From positions 189,658,001 to 189,722,000 of the forward strand of contig NC_042998.1 in the NCBI RefSeq assembly GCF_006345805.1: a stretch of 64,000 nt of DNA, written 5' to 3'. Position 1 is the stretch's first letter, and each line of letters starts with the position of its first letter. The stretch comes from Octopus sinensis (lineage: Eukaryota). Of the stretch, positions 1 through 13,346 are shown one piece after another. Both the position numbers and the translations under genes were made by a program. The notes below the pieces were generated by a model, which saw only the letters and a list, made by a program, of their open reading frames with translations, was not told the origin of the DNA and did no database searches.

Positions 1-436
1 CTCTAAAAATATTATCCCTCTTTCCCTCAAGCAAATGAATATGTAGAAGAAAGTATTTGAGGCTATTGCATACTAGCTACAGAAACGACAAATGTAGAGA
101 AAATATTATTAGTTATATAGTGTTTTAGGAAGTTAGACTGAGACACACTTTAGGAGGCGATTTGCACCATTGAGAATTGAACGTTTGGATCAAGGACATA
201 CTGTATCATAAATAACCAATTACAAAACTCTATTTTATGATGTGTCCTGATATTCAAATGAGTCAGTCAATTTTGGTTTGGTTTGTCATAAATACAGTGT
301 TTCCTCTGTTCTTGTCTTTTTTTTGTACATCAAAAAAAAAACACTATTCGGAAGATATTTGTAACTTCCAACAACTTTTATCGCTTTTACTTTCGCCCTC
401 TTTTATCTTTCACTTGAAAGTATCTGACTATCTAAT

Positions 437-557
437 CCATCCACCCATCCATAAATCCACCCATCCACCCATCAATCCATCCATCCATCCATCCATCCAT
501 CCATCCACCCATCCATCCATCCATCCATCCATCCATCCATCCATCCATCCATCCATC
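437..557. repeat. (CCAT)n microsatellite
   Basis: Tandem CCAT units seen directly. Confidence 0.95.
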
Positions 558-1116
558 AATTAGGTCTGTTCGATAAGTGCTGACCTGGGGCGACATAATA
601 CATTCCTCTATATATCTTTTATACAATGTATATTTTAGTATATGAGCAATAAAACTCTTCGATTTAGATTTAAGCATCATATACATAGAACTGAAAAAGG
701 AAATTCATGCTACTCAGTCTCGAATACTAATGTAGAATGCGTTGACGCTTATAAATGATAGTCATAAGTAAGCTATTGGATAGACTTAGAGGCATGTTCA
801 TCAATATGATTTAGGAAAAACTTCACTTACTGTTAGACGGATAAAATTTTTAAATTTCATTACCAACTACTGTTTTAACATGATCTAACACGCATACATT
901 CGCACGTACGCACACACACACACACGCGCGCGCGCGCGTGTACATATATAGATTGTTTATGAATATAGTGGAATCTACTTCTGATCACTTTGAAATGGAG
1001 CATTTTAGACAACAGTAACCAACTGAAAACATTGAGCACTGAAAACGAGCATTTTGGGGACCCACTAATTTTGACTTTAATAACTGTTTTAGAACATCTG
1101 GGATTATATATATTTA

Positions 1117-1157
<41 letters not shown>

Positions 1158-1589
1158 CCAGAATGTCCAGATGAAAGCACTAGTAGTGTTTCTTTCGAAC
1201 TTCAGAATTGTCAATGCGCAAATGAAATGCTTGAATGGAAGGTTTAAATATATGTAAGAAATTGGTTCTTTAACGTAATCAGTATACTGTGGAATACCTG
1301 ATTGTTAGAAGAGAAGAGGATAGGTGAAATATATATATATAAAGTTGTAGTGCAATATATAGATTCATAGAATTTTGTGGCAATCACAGAAGGGCCCTCT
1401 AGTGGACCCGGCTACCATAGAATTTAGAGTATAATGTAGAATTCTATGTAGCTGAAATCAAGAAGATGCAGTCGATGACCTTATTTTATGAGGAGTATCT
1501 CTCTCTCTCTCTCTCTATTAATAGTTAATATCTATTAAGGATATCGGTTCTTAATTTTATAAGGGATTATATAGGTGTCTTAAATCATG

Positions 1590-2290
1590 TTCCCCAAAAA
1601 GTAATTAATAATTACAGCGACGATTCGGATTGCTTTTGATGATACACAAATATTTCCCATGGAATAGGATTGGGAGCAGTAGAATTCTGAATAGACAAAT
1701 ACACAAAAGTCAAGAGAGATTCTCGTAAGAATTTATAATAGAACGATTGCGATTTATGCCACTTTTACGATAACAAATATTACCTTCATACAGAAGGGGC
1801 AGCAGTGGGAATGAAAGTTACACCAACGTTTGCAATATTAGTGATATTTAGGAAAATATCTATGTTCGATTTAGGACTGCTTTTGATCGATATTTCTAAT
1901 CATATTTAAAAGAAAGGTGGAATAGATCTCAATCTCGGTCTAGTGGAGAAACCCTCACAATGAAGGTAAAGTCGAAAACAAAAACAAAAATTGCCGTAGT
2001 AGTCATCCATAATCCTAAAAACCATATCATCTTATATTCAGTCAAGCGAATCCTTCATATTATACCCCAATCATCAAAGCTCAGAAAAATGATAAAAGAA
2101 TCTCAAATTATCAACAGCTGAAGACACCAAACCTTAAAAGGCTCTTGATAAAGATAAAATTCACATCAGAAGAAAAAATAGTGAAAATAAAAAGGGTGGA
2201 GATCTTCAGTGGGACGTGTGAGTTAATTGAACTGAGCAAAAAACTAATTTCAAGAATGAGAAGGAACTGAAGGTTAACGCAAATAGGAAT
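1590..2290 (+). mobile_element. Decayed Penelope-like element (RT to GIY-YIG region), with stops and frameshifts
   Basis: Piecewise translation gives YTNISHGIGLGAVEF*IDKY and FYDNKYYLHTEGAAVGMKVTPTFAILV, resembling PLE RT LYTNIP..LGL.A and F...YYLQ..GTAMG...AP.YA.L. It also gives KMIKESQIINS*RHQTLK, resembling the PLE linker. Confidence 0.65.
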
Positions 2291-2503
2291 TGCAAAACAA
2301 ATGAAATAATATCATTTGCTGCTTCTCATGCCAACAATGCATTAAAAATTATATCAACCAAACGCACACATGCACACTTGCACGCGAAGATACACACACA
2401 TATGCATTTATATACAAAATACGAAATACAATGTATATACATATATATTTCATAATAGTTTGCATTAGAATATAGATATTTCATTCTACTATTATAATGA
2501 GTA

Positions 2504-3023
2504 CGCATCCACTGGAATGACTACGTTCCCAACATAAGAATATTCAGGAAAGCTAAGACCATGAGTGTCGAGAGCATTCTTATGAAGACACAGCTGCTCT
2601 GGGTGGGGCATGTTTCCAGAATGGCAGACCATCCCCCACCAAAGATCTTACTCTACGGGGAATTGTCTTCTGGCTGTCGAAACAGTGGCGCACCCAAGAA
2701 GCAGTATAAAGATATGTTAAAAAAACAAACCCTGAAAGTTTATAACATCGATCTCCACCAGTGGACCACTCAGGCTGTTGACTGCAATGCTTGGCGCTGC
2801 ACCATCCAGCAAGCTATCAGCGCATTTGTGGCAAACCATCCGGGAGTAGAGGAGAGCCAGGCGGAATGGCTGTGTCAGGGTGGAACCAAGTACAACACAT
2901 ACAGTTCAGCTGTGGGCTGATTTGCCGATCACGGATTGATCACATCAGTCACCAAAATGCATGCGTGCGGGATGGATGAAAGGGATCCCACCTTTAGCTA
3001 TCTTCGTATCGAAGTCATTGCGA
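2504..3023 (+). mobile_element. 5'-truncated RTE-clade LINE, ORF2 C-terminus and 3' end, frameshifted
   Basis: RIHWNDYVPNIRIFRKAKTMSVESILMKTQLLWVGHVSRMADHPPPKILLYGELSSGCRNSGAPKKQYKDMLK matches the RTE LRW.GHV.RM.D.R.PK.LLYGEL..G.R..G.PKKRYKD motif. A second frame gives the terminal knuckle CGLICRSRIDHISHQNAC. The fragment ends at a (TA)n tract. Confidence 0.88.
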
Positions 3024-3030
3024 TATATAT

Positions 3031-3068
<38 letters not shown>

Positions 3069-3785
3069 CATTTATATATAGGTATGTGTGTCTATGATTT
3101 TGCGTGTATAGACGCAGTGTTAACTATGTTATATAGTAAACACTGTGTACTAAAGTCTAGTGGACTGCAATGAAGAGTTAACAGTATTGATTCAACGCTC
3201 TGATTCAATGTTAACTGTTTATGGTGACAATGCTAATGTCATGGTGACATAGTTAAACATTGTGACGGTATTGTTGACAAACACAAACTCAAAGATGATT
3301 GTCATGGCAACAATCTTGATATCTTGCTGGCGGCAATGTTGACTAGGCGATTATAATGCCTACTGAGGTAATAGATATAACAGTAGCCATAAATTGTGTC
3401 GTTCTGAATTAAAAGCTCACCTAAGTCTTCTGCAGTTCCGAACTATCTTTTTACCATAATCAGTGCTGGGTGCAAGTCGCGGTTTATTAACAAATAAAGT
3501 AATTTTTTTACGGATTGCAAAAATTTGCAAGAATTTGAAAATATGTTGAAGTCGAGGTTTATCAATAAATAAAGTACTTTTTGCTTACGGATTGCAAATT
3601 TTTTCTTAAAAATAGCAAATATGTAATCTTTAAAATATATCAGTCCCATAACAGATTTTACACAAGATTATTCTCAGTTATTTATGATGATGATCATGAT
3701 GAAAATGATAATAAAGTTCATCTTCAGCGTTACCGTGATCAACATGATCATCGTTGTCGTCGTCGAAGCGATGGTAATGGTGGTA

Positions 3786-3823
3786 TTCATCATCGCCACC
3801 ACCACCACCACTGCCACCACCAC

Positions 3824-3877
<54 letters not shown>
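3786..3877. repeat. (CAC)n/(CAT)n microsatellite
   Basis: Seen directly; it is the source of the poly-His, poly-Met and poly-Ile ORFs. Confidence 0.95.
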
Positions 3878-5108
3878 TAAGGGCTAGGGACTAGGTTGTT
3901 TATACAGTCAATTAACCCAATTGACCCAAACATATCACCACCGGTCACACACTATCAATGCATGATGCCAACCGTTTTAGACTGCACATTAGTAGTATTG
4001 CATGCATGTATGTGCAAGTGTGCGCTTCTGTGTATGTGTGTGCAAGTATGCATGCGAGAGTATATGTGTATGTGTGAAAATGTATATGTATGTCTATGCA
4101 TGCATGATCGTATTTATGTGAATGCGTGTGCATATATGAATGTGTATGTGTATGTGATAATATGTATGCGTATATAAGCGAATGAGCACGTGTTTGTTGT
4201 CGCACGCGTGCGTGTGTTACAGCCTTATAGCTCGTGCAAATGTCAACATTTAATATACGCATGTGTCGTGAAGAGAGATGAATTCTCATGTTTTGTTCAG
4301 CGTCTTCAGAAGTTATTAGATTCCATAAACACATCATAACATCCTCATCCCCGCCGCCACCGTCGTCGTTCTTGTAGTTGTTGTTGTTAAGCCAAAGTTC
4401 AGATGTGCTCGTGTAGATCAGTGATCAATGATGGTCGGTGATGAGCGGTCTGAGTCCAAATCCCGGTTAATTTCTGAGTTTGTTAAAATATTGATTCTTA
4501 AAACATAACCACAAAAACCAGAAATTATGGGGAGAGTGAGAGGATGAGTCGATTATATGGAGTCCACTATAATGATTATTACTTTTTTTTTTAATTGACC
4601 TCTGAAATAATTGAAATTTGATCTCGGTGGGATTTGAACTCAGGTAAAAGTACTGAAAGGAGGAAAAGTTATTTTGTGTATCTCCTGATTCTACTATTCC
4701 TCTACAACGACAACAAACAACTACAGCTATCACTACTGCTACAAGAGCTGGTCTGCTGTTGCTGCAGCTGGTTTCCTTGTTGAACAAAATAACAAATACT
4801 TAAATACAATGCACTTGACAGAAAAACCGACGATAAAACAAGTAGAAATATTCACATACAATAAACAGCGCAGGAAAAGAGAGTAATACACCATAAAAAA
4901 ATTACTCCATATATATATATATATTATATATAGCAAAAATTTAGATTCAGATGAACATGGTACTTAAGTTAAAGGCACGAGAATTTGGTATGGTATTATC
5001 CATATAAATCAAAGGGGGTGATTGTTTAATTTACATTGTTTAAAATAAATGAAGTAGCATGAAACGATTGTACTACACTACCTTTGGATATAATTGTTGC
5101 TTATTTTG

Positions 5109-5166
<58 letters not shown>

Positions 5167-5553
5167 CACACATACACAGGGAATAGGAATCTATCTATAA
5201 ATAAATTGATGACAGCTTGGTTCGAGAGAAATTCTTGGTCTGAAATTCTGCCCTCAACTTTTTCAAATGTATCAAGCACACAACTTCTTAGGCCATAGCT
5301 GCGAGACAGAACACTGACTAACTTCTTTGCCAAATGAAAGCGATAGGAAAAATCTTTATAAGGAACTCAAGTGGTAGTCAGATCCGTCCCGCACACAATA
5401 ACAAATGTTCTGCACCAATTGCTCCACATATCAACAATATCTGAATAAGGAACGATCGCTCTCCATGCTTCTTTGACAGACACAATTTACAGAATTTCTA
5501 AAACTGGTAATCGTAACAATAAAATCGAATGGTATGAAGGGAATTTAACGTAC

Positions 5554-5756
5554 CTCTTGCTTTTGCTGCTTCGTAATCACCTTTACAAACTAACTTCCGG
5601 TCTTCCATAAGGTAAAATTCATCCCCAGTATTAAGTTGTCGATTGCACATGAGGCAAGCGAAGCATTCCAAGTGATATACATAGTCTTGTGCCCTGCGCA
5701 CAACTTGCGTAGGTGGAATTCCTTTATCACACCCAGCACATTTTGTACCATATCGT
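5554..5756 (-). CDS. Lhx3: Lhx3/4-class LIM-homeobox gene, exon encoding LIM domain 2 (phase 2 start, phase 1 end)
   Basis: Acceptor ttttatttccAG (5758-5757) and donor G|GTACG (5553-5552). Translates (R)[67 protein letters not shown] with a full LIM zinc-ligand pattern. [37 protein letters not shown] is the Lhx3/4 (Lim3) signature. Confidence 0.95.
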
Positions 5757-6289
5757 CTGGAAATAAAAGCATATACATTACATAATAATATTGTGTTTCT
5801 GCAGTTATGAAAATGTTATTCAAATCCTATTTATATAGTTATATTTTTCTTTGATTTTATATACATTTCTGCGACCATATATTTGCATTAAAGTATAGTG
5901 GCTTCGTTTCTTTATATAAATAAATTGTTGAACTCATTGTGGTAGATGTTATCTGTATATTTAATAATTATATATATCATTATTCGTAGATTTAATATTG
6001 GTATAAACTGTAATTCATAGATTTTTAATTTGACGACGGAAAAATCTAAACATATACCATTAATGTGCGTTTTCAATTGTTCGCAGAGCGTTTCTTGTTT
6101 AAAGTATCGTGTCCTTGATGTTTGTCCAACATTTACGCCCTAGTTATGGATAGACTCAATGTACACAGAGAAGTAGTTTTAGTGAACTGGCATTTCATGT
6201 AGAACGAAAGACTCTGATATTTAATAATATAAATTAATGTAAAAGATAATAACGGTTTCAAAGTTTGGCCTAAGACCAGTAATTTTAAG

Positions 6290-6461
6290 GGATGGGATTA
6301 GTCGATTACATCAGATCCAGTACTCAATTGGCACGTATTCTATCGACTCCGAAAGGATGCATGGTAAAGTCAACCTCGGTGGAATCTGACTCAGGACGTA
6401 AAACTGGAAGAAATGCCGCAAAGTATGTTGTTTGATGTGCTAACGATTCTGCCAGTTCACC
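6290..6461 (-). mobile_element. Diverged tRNA-derived SINE, family A
   Basis: Reverse-complement similarity to the family A copy at 63006-63220 (head GGCGAGCTGGCAGAA..GTTAGCAC, core CCTTTCATCCTTTCGGGGTCGATAAATTAAGTACCAG). Confidence 0.7.
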
Positions 6462-9125
6462 ATAAGAGAAATAATAATATCGTAGTATTTTAAATGATCA
6501 ACATTTGATACAATTATTTATCTCGTTTAAATTGTAATTCCTACACCTACCGAAAGATCGTTCAAACAAAACTATATAATAGCAGTTTCCAGCCTATGAG
6601 TCAATGCAATCGCGTGGTTGATCATGTAAGGATCACGATGAAATTTTTCTTTTTTATCTTTGACAAAATGTAAAATTTTCATATGTTGTAACGTAATAAT
6701 CTATGGGCATAAAGGATACAACACAATATTTAATTGCAAGCAAAAATTGAGAACTAGTTCCTCAACAAAATATCAAATGCTAAGTGCGTCTCATTAAAAA
6801 CAAAAACACGGTAACAGAAAATTATTGATTCGCTAAAATAGGTTGTAATGCTAAAGGGAGTTGGTTCTATATAACAATTGTGAGTGTAGATTAGAATATT
6901 GAAGCTTTTAAAAATATATTCAAATAAGAAATCTGTGGCCAATGCCGTTTTGGGCGGTTTTTAACTAGTAATTGTTTCTAGTTTATTTTCTAGTTTATTG
7001 TGCCTGAAGGATGAGTTTGATGTTACTAGGAAATACAAGGGTTTTTAATCGAACATATAGCAACCCTAATACTTCCGTCAGGTACTTATTTTATTAATCT
7101 CAATTCAACGAATAGCTAAGTTATGCTTTTTGATACAATATCGGCTTTACATTCGTAAACATAAACACACCAATATCCACACACATGCACAATAGGCTTC
7201 TGCACGCTTTTCGTCTAATAAATCCCACACTCACAAGATATTTGTCAACTCAATGGAACTGTAGAACAGAACCTAGAAGAAAGTGTTTGAGAAGCGAACT
7301 GCTTAACGACAGTTATAACTGTGAATCTTAGTAAACATTTAAGAAGGAATGGAACATAGGAAGGGTGTTAGGGAATTAATTTTATTCAGCATGATGTCCT
7401 TTTGAGGAAATGAATTAAAATTCTAGATATTTTGGATAGTTGGTTTATGCTTTGTTCAGTGGCATAAAGAATGATGATAACTTGCAAAACAGAAAATTGT
7501 TTGAATCCTTTTGTTATTGTTTAGATGTTTAACTAATGAGGCAAATGTGAATGCGTTTGAATCACCAAAATCAACATGAATTGTACATAGTTTATCGCAT
7601 TAAAGTTTAAACAATTTCATCAATCATTTATTAAGGAATAAGGAAAATTTCTGCATGGTACTTAACTATTAGTACTTTGCAGGTGACCGTTATAGAATAT
7701 ATTACCACCTACGGCTATGTCTTTCTTATATATTTTTTTGTTGAATGTTTTCTAAGACCACTCTTGAAGTATATTAATATATCGATTCTGGTAATTCAAC
7801 TTGGCTCGCGATTAAAGATCAATTTCAAAGATATTTTCATTTTGCTTGAAATTTTCAGAGGAATATAGACCCAAAAAAGATTACTGAGTAAATTCTCAAT
7901 ATTTATATTTAGGGACATGAAAAAGATGGGGGAGTTTGATAAGAAAATCTAACGAAACAAACAAACAAACAAACAAAAAAAAAGGTAAAAATGATTGTAC
8001 TTAATAACATTAGTTTTTCCTTTTAAATAGGAATAATTTCAAGTTTTGCCTCAGAGCAATCATCATCGTTTGAAATGATTCAACGTATTTACTTGTATTC
8101 CTTTTATGAGTATGTAGATATAAAAGGAAAAATCAACTTTTGCAGGATTAACACAAAAATAAGAAACTATAAACTAGACATCAGAAAGTATCAAACTGAC
8201 TTTTATCAAACATGAATATGAGGTTTCTAGTTTAAGAAAGAAAAATTTGTTAGATCGTATGATTAAATTGAAAATAACAGTAAAGAGATATAAACTGTAT
8301 ATATATGTATATATATATATACATACATATGTGTGTTATTTTAGGCAAATACTTTTAAACACGGTAATAAAGTAATGTTAATTATGAAGTAGACATTTCT
8401 GTTCATATTAAATATCTATGAAGCATATACATTTCTATCAGACATTAAAACCATACAGCTTGAGAGCGGGAAAACAGTCAATTAAATTGACTCTAGTACA
8501 TAACTTGTAAACACTAAGGAGATAAAAGGGCCTAACTAAAATAAGGCAAGGTATTTTGTTTGACACTCTAGCGAACCCACAAGCGAAGATACTGAGCTAT
8601 GTACGGTCAATGTTGGAAAATAGGAACATAAACAATAATTGATAAATTTTTTAATTCCTAAGTAAAATTAATAAATAAATTCTTGAGTTATGGATATATA
8701 TATATATTGTGTGTGTCGACGCCCCCAGACGATGAAGTAGGCTAGCCCAATACGTAGATATAGCGGGAGAAGTCTAGACATCGAGGAGTTGAGTAGAGGT
8801 CACCCGAACGTGCGATATAATATATATATATATATTATATATGAGGGATATATATATAATATATAATATATATATATATATTATATATATATATATCCCT
8901 CATACATCCAGACCACAAAAACAGTATTCAGGCCGCCAAGGTAGCTACATAAAGCGGAACTCAAGAGAATATTCGTCTTATCGTTTTTTGCCTCTCTGTA
9001 GGACAAGAAAGTCGTCACTTTCCTTTCCATCAAAAAGACTGATAGTTACACCATAGAACAGAAGCTACTCTCTTTTCAACTACTTGAAAATAGATTGAAT
9101 GGATTAATACTGCATATGTTATGTT

Positions 9126-9160
<35 letters not shown>

Positions 9161-9335
9161 CACGACCTGAAGCTGACACACCTAAATACACACACAAAGT
9201 TCTATTTGCACAGCTCCAAATTTAATCAATAAAAAAATTATCTACAATACCTCTACATCACAAACCACCTTACAACCTAATTACCATTCATCTGAATCCC
9301 ACAAACCTCAAGGAAGATTATTAACTTAATGCTGC

Positions 9336-9380
9336 ACAGTCTGATGATGGCTTAGCTGGCCGAAACTTCGAAGTCACTGT
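9336..9380 (+). ncRNA. Minimal type I hammerhead ribozyme motif (PLE-type), predicted cleavage after GUC at C9375
   Basis: Stem I ACAGT/ACTGT; core CTGATGA (9341-9347); extra T; stem II GGC(T)/(G)GCC; GAAA; stem III is the perfect palindrome ACTTCGAAGT; cleavage triplet GTC. Confidence 0.75.
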
Positions 9381-9490
9381 CAATATTATTCTTGTTAAAA
9401 AATAATAAGTTTGTACTCTACAAAAGTATGGAGTATACTATTCGAATGAATACAAAATTGTTTCTATTATAACAACATAAAAGCAAACAC

Positions 9491-9544
<54 letters not shown>

Positions 9545-9887
9545 ATATAAATAAATATAGGGATGGTATTATTAAAATACCATCGCAAGTGATAAGCGAA
9601 TTATTAGCCGTACAGGCAAATTAATAAAATATATACATACAATATTAGATATGTACATATATACACAAGGGTACTACATGAGTACTCACGTAATAACCTT
9701 GTGTATATATGTACATATCTAATATTGTATGTATATATTATATATATATATATATATACCAGGGTAAGCACATAAATGTGAAACAAGGTGGAAAAAAGAG
9801 TACTCGAATACCGGAGGTAGAGCAATATGGTTTATTAATAAAGCAGTAAAGACATAACAAAACTCTTACTTTGTTCCTTTCTCAATC

Positions 9888-9933
9888 AAAACTGTCTGAC
9901 GATCGGGAACGTGAAACTCCGAGTAACAGTTTT
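9888..9933 (+). ncRNA. Minimal type I hammerhead ribozyme motif, predicted cleavage after GUA at A9925
   Basis: 8-bp stem I AAAACTGT/ACAGTTTT; core CTGACGA (9896-9902); short stem II (CG-GGAA-CG closed by U.U); GAAA; stem III ACT-CCG-AGT; triplet GTA. Confidence 0.62.
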
Positions 9934-9962
9934 TGTGATATCTTTGCAGCTTTATTAATAAA

Positions 9963-10001
<39 letters not shown>

Positions 10002-11870
10002 TAATATATATATATATATATATACATACTATATGATATATATATATACATATGAATATATGTATATAAGAAGTTGTGACACGCATTGCTTTCCCAAGAG
10101 TATAGTATAGTAAACGAAGTGACTTTGTTAATGAAACAGCGCAGTTTGTTGCACAACGCGTGCTACAACTATTCAATATTTTTGTTGTCTTGCAGCGAAT
10201 GTCAGAGCAGGACGTAAATTTCTAATACGCTTCGGCTACGCCACGGTTTCGATAACTGGTTGAAACTATTTCACTTCACTTACGCCGTTAATGACCTTCC
10301 CCTAAAATATGGGTCCTTTGTGTCTAGTCGAAATGAAAGCAATATTTTTGTTGTCTTGTTTAGGCTTTTCTAACTTTTATGATACCGTTTAAATGTCAAA
10401 GTAGAAGTAGAATGAAGATATCGCTCCCTTGTGTATACATAAATAACCAGTTGACATTTGCAGTATTCAACTCTGAAGCCAGTCTTAATTGTGATTGATT
10501 ATATACCAATATGTTAAATTGCGATGATAATTCAAGACTTTAAATAGGTTCGTTGACAATTTTATGAAGATGTTTTATTTGTCCCTAATGTCACGCTTCA
10601 GTAATATTTATTACGATGACTACAATTGTAGACGTGTATTATAGATTTTTAAGTAAGGTCATAAGAAATATGATGTAAAACACTTCGCAGGATATATTAA
10701 AATTCTTCTAACCACAAGCGTACATACAAGAAAGGCTCATCTGAAAAAATAAAAATAAATAAAGAAAGAAAAAAATGAAGTAGAAAATATTGATTTTTAC
10801 TTAGGCACATAGCCAGCTTTTGGTGGGATATAGGCGATCGGATCAACCCCAGCACACACTAGAGATCGATACAATAAATAAGGCATTATTTGTACTTAAG
10901 GTGATCTATCATTTCTCATAAATCAGAGCTCTACTGGTTTAATATTAATGTCTTTTCTTCATATACAATACACTAAGTCTGTAGTGGTAGCATACAGGCA
11001 AATGAATTTATTGATTGCACCGTATTACTGGGACTTAATCGAACTAACGAGAATGCCTTTTCGGATTTGTTCGGCCTGCTAGAAATAGTAGTCAAATTTC
11101 TTTCAAATCACAACTTACAGTCTTACAGAATAAATTAGATAACGCAGTGTTACCCACCGGTAAAGGTGCAAGATGATCATGAATGGGGACGTTTCTGATT
11201 ATAGGCCTGCTCGATCAAGCTAAACAAACTGCAATTTATCCCAGAAATTTGAACATGAGGAAACTAAAAGTGGCAATCTATTTTGATTCGTCCTTCAGTA
11301 ATTTAAAACAATTGTCTTCGAATGAAACTCATTTCTTTCTCAGTAAAAGTACTCATTATCTGAGGAGAATTTCGAATTTCTAAAAAATTATGCTATTTTC
11401 TGGTGAATATTCAATTGGTTTTGTTGTTGCTTGGCTCTTAGTCATCGTGCTCGAGAAGACCTATGATCAAAAGGCGAACCTGCTATTATAATTATGTATT
11501 TTTTAACTCACAATATAGCTTAGACTACTAACCGAGTCCATTTTAGAGTTGTAGTTTGAAGGATGACCACATGGTAACTGCCTCGTTGATTTTCTAGAGT
11601 TCATATCTGATAGTATAAGGGTTTGGTTATTCAAAAGAAGAAGCGGTTACAGAGAAATACACATAGATGATATTAAAAACAACTGGTTGGTGTTCTTAAG
11701 TCCGACTTTTGAAATTGTTCCGTTTGTATTTTGCTTTCTTATGCTCAATTGCAGAAGATAAAATCTATTAAATTTTTTTAATGATTATACGGTACATAAA
11801 CTTGAAATAACATTTACTGATTACAAAAAAGAAACTTATATATATATTATATATTATATATATATATATA

Positions 11871-12228
11871 TGCTGGAGCACCGCCTTTTTAGTCGAACAA
11901 ATCGACCCCAAGACTTATTGTTTGTAAGCCTAGTATTTATTATATCGGTCTTTTTGCCAAACCGCTAGTTTACGGGGATGTAAACACACCATCATCGGTT
12001 GTCAAGCGATGGTGGGGGACAAACACTGACACGCAAACACACATACACACACACGCACACACATATACGACAGGCTTCTTTCAGTTTCCGTCTACCAAAT
12101 CCACTCACAAGACTTTGGTCGGCTCGAAGATATAGTAGAAGACATTTGCCCTAGATGCCACGCAGTGGGACTGAACCCGGAACCATGTGGCTAGTAAGCA
12201 AGCTACTCCTTATCACACAGCCACTCCT
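11871..12228 (-). mobile_element. tRNA-derived SINE, family B, near full length
   Basis: Head GGAGTGGCTGTG..(A box)..CCGGGTTCAGTCCCACTGCGTGGC(B box) and body GTGAGTGGATTTGGTAGACGGAAACTGAAAGAAGCC, followed by a (TG)n tract and a 3' part. The same family recurs at 20226, 39784, 56815 and 58561. Confidence 0.85.
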
Positions 12229-13139
12229 TGTTATATATAAACAATATATATCATCGATATGTTCCATGTATTATATGATATATATATATATAGATATATT
12301 ATATATATATATATTATATATATATATATATATATACATACATACATACATACATACATCTTATATATATATATATATAATATAATAGATTAGATATATA
12401 TACATACACACACACACACACACACACACAACACACTACACACACATATATTTGTATGTGGGAGTACGTATATGAATGTGTATATATAGATATTTTGAAC
12501 CCAGTGTGATAGATGTATAGAAGGTTTTTCTTAACAAATCAGTTTTGAAGTCTATAATTTTTAATATTCTTAATTTAAAATGGATTTGATCACAAAATGT
12601 GACTTGTCGCTGATTTAAAATGGAAACAGAAGCTTGTATTCTATGTAAAATAGTGATGTTTAAAATCTATATTTTAATCTTAGAAAAGTATGAGCAGAGA
12701 AATCAATTTTAAGAAAAGAGAGATAAGCTACATCCCAATGCTTAACATTTTCATCTACTATACATCAAATCTTGTTTCAGAGATTATTGATTCAAAATAT
12801 CTGTCCAAATTTCCAGAGTTAGTTGAACGAATAAATCGTCAGTTAATGCACAATGAATCCTGTTTGCTGTAAAGGTTTCAATTTTAATTAAACCAATGGA
12901 ATTTACTCGAGAAAACTACAGACGAAAACTTCGAGCAAGTTTTATTGTACTCGAAGCAGAAAATGATGGCGGAAAAAGAAGTGACTACTTCCAGTAATTT
13001 GTATGGAAGATGAGTGAGAATGGCGAAATGGATTGAATGAAAGGATGAATTATTTCATTTCAGCATGAGGTTGGATCTGGAAGAAAGTATATGCTCATAC
13101 ACAGTGAAACGGAAAAGAGATGCTATGAAGACAAATATA

Positions 13140-13346
13140 CGACGATTTGTTGAATAGTTCCTGGCTTTAGGGGATCGCGAAAGGCCTGGTTGTAGGCCCA
13201 ACATTCTAGGTTCTTTTACAGGGCTTAGAAAAACTGAAGGACCGCTACTATAAGTGTGTGAATCTGAGAGGGGAATATGTTAATTAATTAACTGAAACTC
13301 CTGTATTTTCTTTTACCCAAAGCCAGAAACTTTTCAGTACCCCCTC
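13140..13346 (+). mobile_element. Internally deleted mariner derivative (MITE) with TA target duplication
   Basis: Imperfect TIRs (..GAATAGTTCCTGGC and GCCAGAAACTTTTCAGTACCCCTCA) with TA at 13138-13139 and 13347-13348. The interior encodes QGLEKLKDRYYKCVNLRGEYVN*, a mariner transposase C-terminus motif. Confidence 0.75.

Noticed and set aside
3481-3605. Diverged tandem duplication of about 76 bp
   Set aside because: It looks like a decayed SINE-core variant (GATAAATAAAGTAC-like), with nothing further to explain.
4430-4456. GTGATGA..CTGA resembling C/D-box snoRNA boxes
   Set aside because: The boxes are only 5 nt apart, on the antisense strand, and overlap a degenerate SINE B-box-like GAGTCCAAATCC.
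1-5553. Homeodomain exon (KRPRTTITAKQLETLK-like) of Lhx3/4
   Set aside because: Not found on the minus strand by eye; it presumably lies left of the window.
5498-5701. [19 protein letters not shown] taken as a complete gene
   Set aside because: It is a partial reading of the 5554-5756 exon; the start and C-terminal tail are artefacts of ignoring splice sites.
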